Below, in pieces: positions 1 to 8,187 of a stretch of DNA of 32,000 bases. The stretch is from positions 420,001-452,000 of the forward strand of contig CAKQHZ010000001.1 in the NCBI GenBank assembly GCA_934246625.1, given 5' to 3'. The number at the start of each line of letters is the position of its first letter. The first letter of the stretch is position 1. A model generated the notes under the pieces. That model was given only the letters and a program-made list of their open reading frames with translations. It ran no database searches and was not told the origin of the DNA. This stretch comes from an uncultured Alphaproteobacteria bacterium. Lineage in GTDB: Bacteria > Pseudomonadota > Alphaproteobacteria > Rs-D84 > CACZYB01. Both the position numbers and the translations under genes were made by a program.

Positions 1-834
1 TTGACCACTTATGTAAGAAATATAGTTTATATGCACAATTTCAGATATATCATTATTGAACGTTGCTTCTATCTCTTCGTCTTTTAATTTTGATACAGGA
101 ACAGTATTCAAATGTGTGATTAAATCACCCTCCACTATATTTGTATGATATAAAGGCGAATCGTTAATAATGCTTAATACTTGAAGTCCATAAGGTGTTC
201 TTCTGTATGTAAAACCAAGAATATGTGAGTTGTATTCATTTTTCTTTTTAAGCAAACTTATATTATCACTATACTTTGCATTTTCATCTAAACTTTTAAG
301 TAAATATGTGGAAGTAAGATAGTAAATTTGTTCTGGATGAACATTTTTTACACCTTGATTTATCTCCCTTAATGATAAAATAACATTTACAATTAAATTT
401 GCCCAAGCACGAGTATCTCCTTCAACTGGAGTATTAAAATTACCTATTAACTTTAGGTTCTTATCATGCACAAGAACTCTAGTATTCGCAATAGTAATAT
501 CTAATTTACCATAAAAGCCTGATAAACCTTCTAAAACATAATTCAACATTTTAACATAAGGTATGTCATACACAAAATTATCTGATAATGTTTGAAGAAG
601 TGCTGTGTAAAAATCAGATGCTTGTTGAATTGAAAAATTATCAACTATATCAGTTCCATTTAACCAATATTCGTATTTATTATATGAATACTTTTGTCTG
701 TCTTCCTTTGATATAGGGATTATTTCAACTGATTTAGTATTTTTTACTACAGAGGGAACTGTATTTGCAAAAACCATAGAAGGCATTAAAAATGCTCCTA
801 TAATTAACTTTACAAAAAACTTTCTTCCCCCCAT
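1..834 (-). CDS. Secreted PDZ-domain protein, probably an S41 C-terminal-processing-type peptidase. Only the N-terminal 278 codons are present; the 3' end runs off the window.
   Basis: Absent from the ORF track because it has no stop in the window. The reverse strand from ATG at 834 reads MGGRKFFVKLIIGAFLMPSMVFA/NTVPSVVKNTKSVEIIPISKEDRQ... and stays open to nt 1. It has a classic signal peptide and an AAGGA SD 7 nt upstream. A PDZ-like stretch GFTYRRTPYGLQVLSIINDSPLYHTNIVEGDLITHLNTVPV lies near the edge. An alternative internal start is ATG 786 (AGGAG 8 nt upstream), but that would remove the signal peptide. Confidence 0.6.
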   Translation of the reverse strand, partial: MGGRKFFVKLIIGAFLMPSMVFANTVPSVVKNTKSVEIIPISKEDRQKYSYNKYEYWLNGTDIVDNFSIQQASDFYTALLQTLSDNFVYDIPYVKMLNYVLEGLSGFYGKLDITIANTRVLVHDKNLKLIGNFNTPVEGDTRAWANLIVNVILSLREINQGVKNVHPEQIYYLTSTYLLKSLDENAKYSDNISLLKKKNEYNSHILGFTYRRTPYGLQVLSIINDSPLYHTNIVEGDLITHLNTVPVSKLKDEEIEATFNNDISEIVHINYISYISGQ

Positions 835-845
835 ATATAATTCCT

Positions 846-1739
846 TTATTTTATTCGTGATTTGTTAAATAAAAGCAATGATGATGTTGATAAAAACATT
901 GAAGAGTAAGTTCCAATGATTATACCAAATAACATAATTGCAGAAAAGCCACGTAAAACTTCACCACCAAACAAATAAATTGCAAGAACGGCAAATATTG
1001 TTGTCATTCCAGTCAAAATTGTTCGTGAAAATGTTTCATTGATTGAAAGGTCTACAACATCACTTAATGACTTTGATTTATATTTTTTAAGATTTTCTCT
1101 TACTCTATCATAAATAACAACTGTATCGTTAATTGAATAACCTGCAAGTGTTAAAAGTGCAGCAAGTGTTGTTAAATCAAATTCTATACCTGTAATACAT
1201 AACATTGCCAAAGCCAACAAGACATCGTGCAAAAGTGAAAGTCCAGCGCCAACTGCAAATGGCAATTCAAATCTTATCCATATATAAATAGAAATTACAA
1301 GAATTGAAAGAAGAACGGCTAATGTTCCATTTTTAACCAAATCTGCACCAACCTTTGGTCCAACAATTTGTGTATTTCTGTATTCAACTGTTTCACCCAA
1401 AATATTTTTTACTGATACCAAATCAGATGTGATTTCGGTTTCGGTTTTATGTCCCTGTGGAAGATAGATTGAAACAACATCACCTGTTTCACCTTGGGAT
1501 TGAATTTGTGGTGAAAAAGATTTTAATTCTTCACGTAAATTTTCTATATTTGCCGGTGTTTTTGTTTTGATTTCCAATAATACACCGCCAGAAAAGTCAA
1601 TACCATAATTAAATGGTTTTATAAATAATGTAATTATTGATGCAAGTGAAAATAAGCATGCAATACTTACAAAAAAGATATTTCTTTTCATTATATTAAA
1701 ATGTGTTTGTATTGGAACAACCTTGATAAGTTTAAACAT
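846..1739 (-). CDS. secF: Protein translocase subunit SecF
   Basis: 297 aa. Motifs GIDFSGGVLLEI and LHDVLLALAMLCITGIEFDLTTLAALLTLAGYSINDTVVIYDRVRENL are typical of SecF. Multiple TM segments. Confidence 0.9.
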   Translation of the reverse strand: MFKLIKVVPIQTHFNIMKRNIFFVSIACLFSLASIITLFIKPFNYGIDFSGGVLLEIKTKTPANIENLREELKSFSPQIQSQGETGDVVSIYLPQGHKTETEITSDLVSVKNILGETVEYRNTQIVGPKVGADLVKNGTLAVLLSILVISIYIWIRFELPFAVGAGLSLLHDVLLALAMLCITGIEFDLTTLAALLTLAGYSINDTVVIYDRVRENLKKYKSKSLSDVVDLSINETFSRTILTGMTTIFAVLAIYLFGGEVLRGFSAIMLFGIIIGTYSSMFLSTSSLLLFNKSRIK

Positions 1740-1750
1740 AGCAACTTCCT

Positions 1751-2044
1751 TTACTCTATTATCTTTGGAACTGTAAAATATTCACCTTCGTCATCAGGAG
1801 CAGGTGCATTTTCAAGAACCTGTTCACGTGTATTGTCTATACTTACTGTATCAATACGACGAGGAAGTGGGTGATCCGCAACAGAATTAAGTGGTTCAAC
1901 ACCATCAACATTTACGTCATCAAGCCCCTCTATCCATTCAATAACATTTTCAAGTTCACCAACCATTTTTTCAGCCATTTCGTCAGTCATACCGATACGA
2001 ACCATTTTGGCATTTGCTTTAACTTTTTCTTTTGTAAAATACAT
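1751..2044 (-). CDS. gatC: Asp/Glu-tRNA(Asn/Gln) amidotransferase subunit C
   Basis: 97 aa. The GatC-like pattern is VRIGMTDEMAEKMVGELENVIEWIEGLDDVNVDGVEPL...LPRRIDTV. It ends 11 nt upstream of secF. Confidence 0.85.
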   Translation of the reverse strand: MYFTKEKVKANAKMVRIGMTDEMAEKMVGELENVIEWIEGLDDVNVDGVEPLNSVADHPLPRRIDTVSIDNTREQVLENAPAPDDEGEYFTVPKIIE

Positions 2045-2213
2045 ATTTTGACCTCTTTTATTTTGATTTGGATTTTAGCATAAATCTTTTGCACCAGTCA
2101 AGCAAAAGTATATTTTAATATTGAAGATGTTCCTACTGACTATAAAGGTGAAATATTTTATAATAATTTTATCCGATATGGATAAATACAAACTTTAATG
2201 AAAGGATAAAAAA

Positions 2214-2432
2214 ATGCATAAAATAATGAATTATATTTGCAAACCTTTGATTCTTATAGGTGCAATAAATTGGGGTCTTATTGGCGCTTTTAACTTTAAT
2301 CTTGTAAGTGTTCTTTTTGGCGTTAATACAATCCTTACAAACATAATATATATTCTTGTGGGTATTTCTGGACTTTGCGGATTATATATGTATGGACAAA
2401 CATGCAAATTGAATAAAAACAATATGAGATAG
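2214..2432 (+). CDS. DUF378-family small membrane protein
   Basis: 72 aa with two TM helices. The GAINWGLIGAFNFNLV motif is characteristic of DUF378. AAAGGA lies upstream of the ATG. Confidence 0.7.
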   Translation: MHKIMNYICKPLILIGAINWGLIGAFNFNLVSVLFGVNTILTNIIYILVGISGLCGLYMYGQTCKLNKNNMR

Positions 2433-2468
2433 TTTTTATTAAACCCTTAAAAATAATAAAAAAAGAAA

Positions 2469-2497
2469 AGTCTAGATGGTGGCTCTCTAGACTTTTT
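2469..2497 (+). terminator. Rho-independent terminator after the DUF378 gene
   Basis: 8-bp stem AGTCTAGA(2469-2476)/TCTAGACT(2486-2493), 9-nt loop, then TTTTT. The stem overlaps the stop codon of the convergent oxidoreductase gene. Confidence 0.6.
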
Positions 2498-3569
2498 GAT
2501 TTATTCCCAATGATGCTGTTATTCCAGATGCAAAGGCAAAATGTAAATTATAGCCACCAAGCTCGCCTGTTATATCTAAAACTTCACCAATAAAATATAA
2601 TCCCTTTATTTTATCACTTCCAAGATAGTTATTCAAATAACCAAGCCAAACCCCACCTTTCATAACTTCGGCTTTTGTATAACCAAAAGTGCCACTGTTG
2701 ATATATTTTAAATTACAAATTTTGGATAAAAGCTGGCTTTTTTGTGAAATATCGAAATAATTCATAAAAAAATTATATACTCGTTTTGGAAGTTTTATTA
2801 AATTTTTATCAGGACAAAAATCTATCTCTATAACATCTCCTATATTACTATAAAGAGATGTATTTAAAACAGCAGGTCCCGTAATTCCAATATGTGCAAA
2901 AAGCAAATTATCAGAAAATGTTTTATTATTTACTTTTATATTAACTGGAAGACTGATACCAGATAAACTTGAAAAAGTTTTCATATTATTTGGATATTTA
3001 AGTCCGACCAAGGCAGGTTGATTTTGTATCAGTTTAAATTTAAATTGTTTTGCAAGTAAAAGTCCAAAATCACTGGCTCCTATATGTGGATAAGATTTTC
3101 CACCAGTTGCAATAACCAGCGTTTTTGATATAAATTTTGTAATTCCTGTATCAATAGTAAATAAATCACCATCTTTTGATACTGATAAAATATCAACACC
3201 AAGAGCAAATTCGACCTTATTTTTTTCACATTCGGATTTTAAGATATTTAAAATATCCTTTGAATTAAATGCAAAAAGTTTTCCCTTTTCACGCTCTTCA
3301 TATTTAACATTATATTTATTAAGGAGTTGAATAGCTTCTTTCACAGTCCAATTATTTAAAATATCACCTATTCGTTCAGGTGTAGATGAAACATAATGTG
3401 ATGGCCCCATATTTTTATTTGAAAAATTACACTTGCCACCACCAGAGATAAGTATCTTTGCACCTATATTCTCATTTTTATCAAGAACAAGCACCCTTCC
3501 CTTTATTTTTGAGGCACACATAAGACCACTTGCACCTGCACCTATAATTATTGCATCATATACAAACAT
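2487..3569 (-). CDS. NAD(P)/FAD-dependent oxidoreductase, HI0933/BaiN-like flavoprotein
   Basis: 360 aa. N-terminal dinucleotide fold DAIIIGAGASGLMCA, followed by ILISGGGKCNFSN, which is typical of the HI0933-like family. Confidence 0.75.
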   Translation of the reverse strand: MFVYDAIIIGAGASGLMCASKIKGRVLVLDKNENIGAKILISGGGKCNFSNKNMGPSHYVSSTPERIGDILNNWTVKEAIQLLNKYNVKYEEREKGKLFAFNSKDILNILKSECEKNKVEFALGVDILSVSKDGDLFTIDTGITKFISKTLVIATGGKSYPHIGASDFGLLLAKQFKFKLIQNQPALVGLKYPNNMKTFSSLSGISLPVNIKVNNKTFSDNLLFAHIGITGPAVLNTSLYSNIGDVIEIDFCPDKNLIKLPKRVYNFFMNYFDISQKSQLLSKICNLKYINSGTFGYTKAEVMKGGVWLGYLNNYLGSDKIKGLYFIGEVLDITGELGGYNLHFAFASGITASLGINQKV

Positions 3570-3639
3570 TAAAAATCCTTGAATAAATTATGTTTTTATT
3601 CTACTTTATATAAAAGCGAAATGCAAGAAAGGAAAAATT

Positions 3640-5094
3640 ATGCAAAAATTTAAAAATATGAATAGCTATCTTAAAAAAACTATTATCGTTTTGACTGGCT
3701 TGACTATCATTCGTTTGATATTAGCATGCTTCCTTGGACTTGATGGCGGACCAGCATATTATGCTATGTGGAGCAGAAAATTAGAGCTTTCATATTTTGA
3801 CCACCCTTTAATGACGGCATTGTTGATACGAATTTCAACAGAAATTTTTGGTTGGAATAGTTTTGCAATAAAATTACCGGCTATTTTGGTATATTTAGCT
3901 ACAAGTATATTTATGTATAAAAGTATAAAACTTTGGGGTGGTAAAGACAAAGGTGCATTTTATGCAGTTATGTTTTTCAATTTTATCCCATGGATAGCGT
4001 CAAGTTTTGGAATAAAAGCTGGAAACCCAGATATTCCATTCCTTTTTTGTTTTATGATGACATTTTATTATTTTTCAAAATTATATAAAACTGAAAATTC
4101 AAATAATTGGTATTGGATAGGTCTTTGGACCGCTTTGGGATTGCTTTCAAAATATAAAATGGTATTTGTCTGGCCTGCTCTTTTCCTTTGTATGATATTT
4201 TTACCAAAGTTAAAAAAGCAATGGAAGGCTCCTCAACTTTATATATCAACAATATTTGCTTTGATTGGAATTGTGCCAACTTTGATTTGGAATATAAATA
4301 ATGATTTTGCTTCTTTTTCATATCATCTTGTTCAAAGACAAGGTCATTTTGGATTTAAACCTATGCAACTTTTGAATTTCTTAGGTAATCAAATTGCAAT
4401 TATGGGTGTATTTATCCCAGTCCTTTTGTTCATAAATGCTTTTAAATACAAAAAAACTGAAGTAGGTAAAGCAACTTTGTCTTTTGTGGCTCCTGCCGTA
4501 ATAGTATTTAGCTGTGTAAATTTATTCTTTGGCCAAAGTATGCAAAATTGGTGGGCTTCTGTTTATATGATTTTACTTGTCCTTTATGGTGTAAAACGTG
4601 TATTAAATCGTGCGGATAAATGGATTTTGGGTTTTACTATATTTGTATCTGTTGTTGGAACAGCTTTTTATGCTTACCCATTTGGTATAAAATTAAAAGA
4701 AACAACAAACTTTTTGGATCATCATTTGTTTGATAAGGCATCTGAGCATCTTGAAACAATAATAAAAAAGCGTGAAGCAAAAGGAGAAACTGTTTATGTT
4801 GGAACTCCAAGATACAGAACTACTGCTATGCTTGGTGTAAATATTCCAAACAGAAAAATTTATTCTATGGATTACAGAAAAGGCGACCAATTCCAAATTT
4901 GGTATAATCCAAATGAACTTATTGGAAAAAATGTTATTTATGTTGCAGGTGGTTCTCAAGTAAAACAAAAACCTGAAAATCTTTTTAATGCAGATAAAAT
5001 TGTGTTAATAGATACTCAAAAATATACTTATAATCCAGCTTTTTCACGAACTTTTTACTTTTATGAACTTAAAAATTATAAAGGCTTAAAATAA
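3640..5094 (+). CDS. Glycosyltransferase family 39 (ArnT/PMT_2-like) integral membrane protein
   Basis: 484 aa, polytopic. The N-terminal loop is LDGGPAYYAMWSRKLELSYFDHPLM, and the overall architecture matches undecaprenyl/dolichyl-phosphate-sugar dependent GT-C enzymes. Confidence 0.7.
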   Translation: MQKFKNMNSYLKKTIIVLTGLTIIRLILACFLGLDGGPAYYAMWSRKLELSYFDHPLMTALLIRISTEIFGWNSFAIKLPAILVYLATSIFMYKSIKLWGGKDKGAFYAVMFFNFIPWIASSFGIKAGNPDIPFLFCFMMTFYYFSKLYKTENSNNWYWIGLWTALGLLSKYKMVFVWPALFLCMIFLPKLKKQWKAPQLYISTIFALIGIVPTLIWNINNDFASFSYHLVQRQGHFGFKPMQLLNFLGNQIAIMGVFIPVLLFINAFKYKKTEVGKATLSFVAPAVIVFSCVNLFFGQSMQNWWASVYMILLVLYGVKRVLNRADKWILGFTIFVSVVGTAFYAYPFGIKLKETTNFLDHHLFDKASEHLETIIKKREAKGETVYVGTPRYRTTAMLGVNIPNRKIYSMDYRKGDQFQIWYNPNELIGKNVIYVAGGSQVKQKPENLFNADKIVLIDTQKYTYNPAFSRTFYFYELKNYKGLK

Positions 5095-5549
5095 TGTTTA
5101 AAAGATTTCTTAAATTTGGATTAGTCGGTGGTTTGGGTGCTATTATAAACCTTGTAATATTTGCATTATTAAGTTTTGCTGGTGTGAATTATATGATAAG
5201 CTCGGTAATAGCTTTTATAATAGCAGCAACATCAAATTATATATTCAATAGCATTTGGGTTTTCAAAGACCGTGGCCATAAATCAAGCAAAATTTTATGG
5301 GCAAAGTTTATGTGTGTATCTGTATTTTCCCTTTGCATAAATTTAGGGGTGCTTTTTGTTATGGAAAACTTTGTTATGCCATATATTATAAAATGGTGGT
5401 TTGTAAATGAAATTATGCAAATTACAGCAGGTATTTTAAATGTAAAAACTTTAAGTAAAATCACCGCATTATATTCTCAAGCCATAGGTATAGGCTTTTC
5501 AATGATTTTTAATTTTATTGGAAATAATTGTATCACTTTTAAGAAATAA
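5094..5549 (+). CDS. GtrA-family membrane protein
   Basis: 151 aa with 4 TM segments. GtrA-like N-terminus RFLKFGLVGGLGAIINLVIF. The start overlaps the GT39 stop (TAATG), which suggests translational coupling. Confidence 0.75.
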   Translation: MFKRFLKFGLVGGLGAIINLVIFALLSFAGVNYMISSVIAFIIAATSNYIFNSIWVFKDRGHKSSKILWAKFMCVSVFSLCINLGVLFVMENFVMPYIIKWWFVNEIMQITAGILNVKTLSKITALYSQAIGIGFSMIFNFIGNNCITFKK

Positions 5550-5557
5550 TATTCAAA

Positions 5558-5661
5558 TTGGCTGGGGTAAATGGATTGTCTGCTCGTTCCTCGCATTCAT
5601 CTTGTCAATTTGCTTTGCAACCGGCAAACCTTTTGCCTATTGACTGCGATTCCGAACCACT
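5558..5661 (-). pseudogene. Fragmentary duplicate of the 3' half of tRNA-Gln(CUG), interrupted by a 69-nt insert
   Basis: 5558-5577 is an exact 20-nt copy of 5699-5718 (TTGGCTGGGGTAAATGGATT; the reverse strand gives T-stem, acceptor 3' strand and CCA). 5647-5661 (GATTCCGAACCACT) matches tRNA positions 5715-5727 with one extra C. GATT is present on both sides of the 5578-5646 insert. No 5' acceptor strand, D arm or anticodon arm is present. Confidence 0.6.
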
Positions 5662-5699
5662 TATAGTGGTTCAAATCCTCCTCAACTATATTATTTACT

Positions 5700-5773
5700 T
5701 GGCTGGGGTAAATGGATTCGAACCACTGTTAACAGAGCCAGAATCTGTTGTCCTACCACTAGACGATACCCCA
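5700..5773 (-). tRNA. tRNA-Gln (anticodon CUG), CCA encoded
   Basis: The reverse strand reads TGGGGTA TC GTCT AGTGGTA GGAC A ACAGA TTCTGGC TCTGT TAAC AGTGG TTCGAAT CCATT TACCCCA G CCA. This is a clean cloverleaf, 74 nt. Confidence 0.9.
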
Positions 5774-5886
5774 AAAAGATAGCTATATTATAGAATAACT
5801 TCTGATTAAATCAATAAAAATATAATTTGACATACTTTTATCATTAAAGTAAAATATCTGAAGAACAAAATAAGAAAGTATGTTAA

Positions 5887-7908
5887 ATGAATATCGTTGA
5901 TAATGAAAAAAATTTGCCTGATTGGCTTGAAAAACTTAATCCTGAACAAAGAGATGCTGTTCAAACTACAGAAGGACCTCTTCTCGTGCTTTCTGGTGCT
6001 GGAACTGGAAAAACAAGGGTGCTTACTTCTCGTATAGCATATATTATGTATAAACAACTGGCTTTGCCATGGCAAATTCTTGCTGTGACATTTACAAATA
6101 AAGCCGCAAATGAAATGAAAAATCGTGTTAAATCTATTATAGGAGATAGTGCAGATAGTCTTTGGATTGGAACATTTCATTCTATTGGGTTAAGGATTGT
6201 AAAACGATATTATGAACTTATCGGACTTAAAAAAAACTTTCTTATATTTGATGAAAGCGACCAAAAAATACTTATAAAAAAAGTAATGGAAGAAGATTTA
6301 AAAATTGATACAAAAAAATGGAATCCATCTATTGTGCTTGAAAATATTTGCAGACTTAAAGATAAGGGATTTTATTTTGATGATGAAAATATCAATATGA
6401 TTGATGTTGAAACTATTAACGGAAGACTTTTAGAAGTTTATAAATATTATCAAGAAAAATTAAAGGAACTTAATGCCGTTGATTTTGGTGATTTATTACT
6501 TTATCCTTTGATGATTTTTGAACAAAATCCAGTTATTTTGGAAGAATTTCAAACTAAATTCAAATATATCCTTGTTGATGAGTATCAGGATACAAATGCT
6601 GTGCAAGATAAGATTTTAAAATTGTTGTCTGCTAAACATAAAAATATTTGTTGTGTAGGTGACGATGACCAATCTATTTATTCATGGCGTGGTGCCGAAA
6701 TTGAAAATATTTTGCGATTCGAAAGTGATTTTGAAAATGCAAAGGTTATACGACTTGAAACAAACTATCGTTCAACACCACATATTCTTCATGCGGCATC
6801 TTGTTTAATTGCAAAAAATAAAGACAGACTTGGTAAAGAATTACGTCCTTGTAAGGCTATGATTGATGAAGAATCAAAAAAAATACAGGTGCATGGAGTT
6901 TGGAATGGTGTTGAAGAAGCCCGTGAAATTGTTGATGAAATAGAATATTATCAAAGAAAAGGTATTCCTTTATCACAAATGGCTGTGCTTGTAAGAGCAG
7001 GGTATCAAACCAGATTATTCGAAGAACATTTCATAAGAGCAGGGGTTTCATACAAAATTATTGGTGGTTTGCGATTCTATGAACGACAAGAAATAAAGGA
7101 TATTATCGCATATTTACGACTTCTTGCTTATCCTCAAGATAATCTTTCTTTTGAAAGAATTATAAATGTTCCTAAACGAGGAATAGGTGATAAAACATTG
7201 CAAAATATAAATACCTACGCAAAACAAAACCATCTATCTCTTTTTGAAGCAACCGAAGAAATGTTAAATTCAAATAAAATTACTGGAAAAGCGGCTCTTA
7301 ATATTCAAAAATTTATTGATGATTTTCATAGATGGAGAAGTATTTATAATGGCGATTCTGTTGATTTATTAGATACAAATAAAATTACTGAACATTATCA
7401 ACTTGTTGAAATAATGATAAAAGAATCCGGCTATATTGATATGTGGCAAAATTCCAAAAAAGCAGAAGCCGAAGCAAAACTTCAAAATATAAATGAACTT
7501 TTGGGTATTATAAAGTCAGATTTTGAAACAATTAACGAATTTTTGGAATATATAACTTTGTTCACAGAAAATAATCAATCTGTTCTTGATAATCAAGATT
7601 ATGTTTCATTGATGACTTTACATGCGGCAAAGGGATTGGAATTTGATGTTGTATTTCTTCCTGGCTGGGAAATGGGTATTTTCCCAAATGAAAAATCTAC
7701 ACAAGAAAATTCAAGCTCTTTAGAAGAAGAAAGAAGACTTGCTTATGTTGGAATTACCCGTGCAAAAAAAATTGTTGAAATTTATTATGCAGGAAGCAGG
7801 CAAGTATTCGGTCAATGGCAACAAAATCTTCCATCTGTGTTTTTAAATGATTTACCTGATGAAGATGTAGAACATACATCATTTTCAAGTGCATATAGTT
7901 TTAGATAA
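5887..7908 (+). CDS. uvrD: ATP-dependent DNA helicase, UvrD/PcrA/Rep family
   Basis: 673 aa. SF1 helicase motifs are present: GAGTGKT (Walker A), ILVDEYQDTN, TNYRS, TLHAAKGLEF, LAYVGITRAK. Confidence 0.9.
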   Translation: MNIVDNEKNLPDWLEKLNPEQRDAVQTTEGPLLVLSGAGTGKTRVLTSRIAYIMYKQLALPWQILAVTFTNKAANEMKNRVKSIIGDSADSLWIGTFHSIGLRIVKRYYELIGLKKNFLIFDESDQKILIKKVMEEDLKIDTKKWNPSIVLENICRLKDKGFYFDDENINMIDVETINGRLLEVYKYYQEKLKELNAVDFGDLLLYPLMIFEQNPVILEEFQTKFKYILVDEYQDTNAVQDKILKLLSAKHKNICCVGDDDQSIYSWRGAEIENILRFESDFENAKVIRLETNYRSTPHILHAASCLIAKNKDRLGKELRPCKAMIDEESKKIQVHGVWNGVEEAREIVDEIEYYQRKGIPLSQMAVLVRAGYQTRLFEEHFIRAGVSYKIIGGLRFYERQEIKDIIAYLRLLAYPQDNLSFERIINVPKRGIGDKTLQNINTYAKQNHLSLFEATEEMLNSNKITGKAALNIQKFIDDFHRWRSIYNGDSVDLLDTNKITEHYQLVEIMIKESGYIDMWQNSKKAEAEAKLQNINELLGIIKSDFETINEFLEYITLFTENNQSVLDNQDYVSLMTLHAAKGLEFDVVFLPGWEMGIFPNEKSTQENSSSLEEERRLAYVGITRAKKIVEIYYAGSRQVFGQWQQNLPSVFLNDLPDEDVEHTSFSSAYSFR

Positions 7909-7936
7909 AAAAAAGCCTCAATCGAGGCTTTTAATT
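7909..7936. terminator. Bidirectional rho-independent terminator (uvrD / small ORF)
   Basis: A-run, stem AGCCTC(7914-7919)/GAGGCT(7924-7929), loop AATC, then TTTT. Confidence 0.7.
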
Positions 7937-7951
7937 TGAAAATAAATAATA

Positions 7952-8098
7952 TTATCTTCTTGAAGTTGTATTATCATCATCTGCTGCGATGCCAGGGCGA
8001 CCATTTCTTTCAGCTTTTTTGCCTCTTGGTCTACCTGCTTCTGCTAAGCTAGCGAATACAATACCTAATAATAAAGTTATAACTACTATTTTTTTCAT
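7952..8098 (-). CDS. Small secreted peptide, 48 aa (below the ORF-track cutoff)
   Basis: The reverse strand has AGGAGG, 6 nt, then ATG(8098), encoding MKKIVVITLLLGIVFASLAEA/GRPRGKKAERNGRPGIAADDDNTTSRR and TAA (7954-7952). It has a signal peptide with an AEA cleavage motif, a strong SD, and a terminator directly downstream. Confidence 0.55.
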   Translation of the reverse strand: MKKIVVITLLLGIVFASLAEAGRPRGKKAERNGRPGIAADDDNTTSRR

Positions 8099-8187
8099 TA
8101 TATACCTCCTTATTTAATTAACAGATCCCTTAATATAAGGAAACTAATATCAATTTAACACAAAAAATAAACTTTGTAAATAAATAT

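Noticed and set aside
5559-5690. Possible acceptor piece of a two-piece (permuted) alphaproteobacterial tmRNA, or a T-loop intron-containing tRNA
   Set aside because: The 3' end is the Gln-type acceptor (TACCCCAGCCA), not the Ala-type G:U acceptor of tmRNA. There is no room downstream for a coding piece, because gtrA ends at 5549. No 5' acceptor strand, D arm or anticodon arm exists, so it cannot be a functional intron-containing tRNA.
5558-5782. 74-aa plus-strand ORF from the track
   Set aside because: It runs antisense through tRNA-Gln(CUG) and the tRNA-fragment region and has no SD. It is an artefact of a stop-free tRNA complement.
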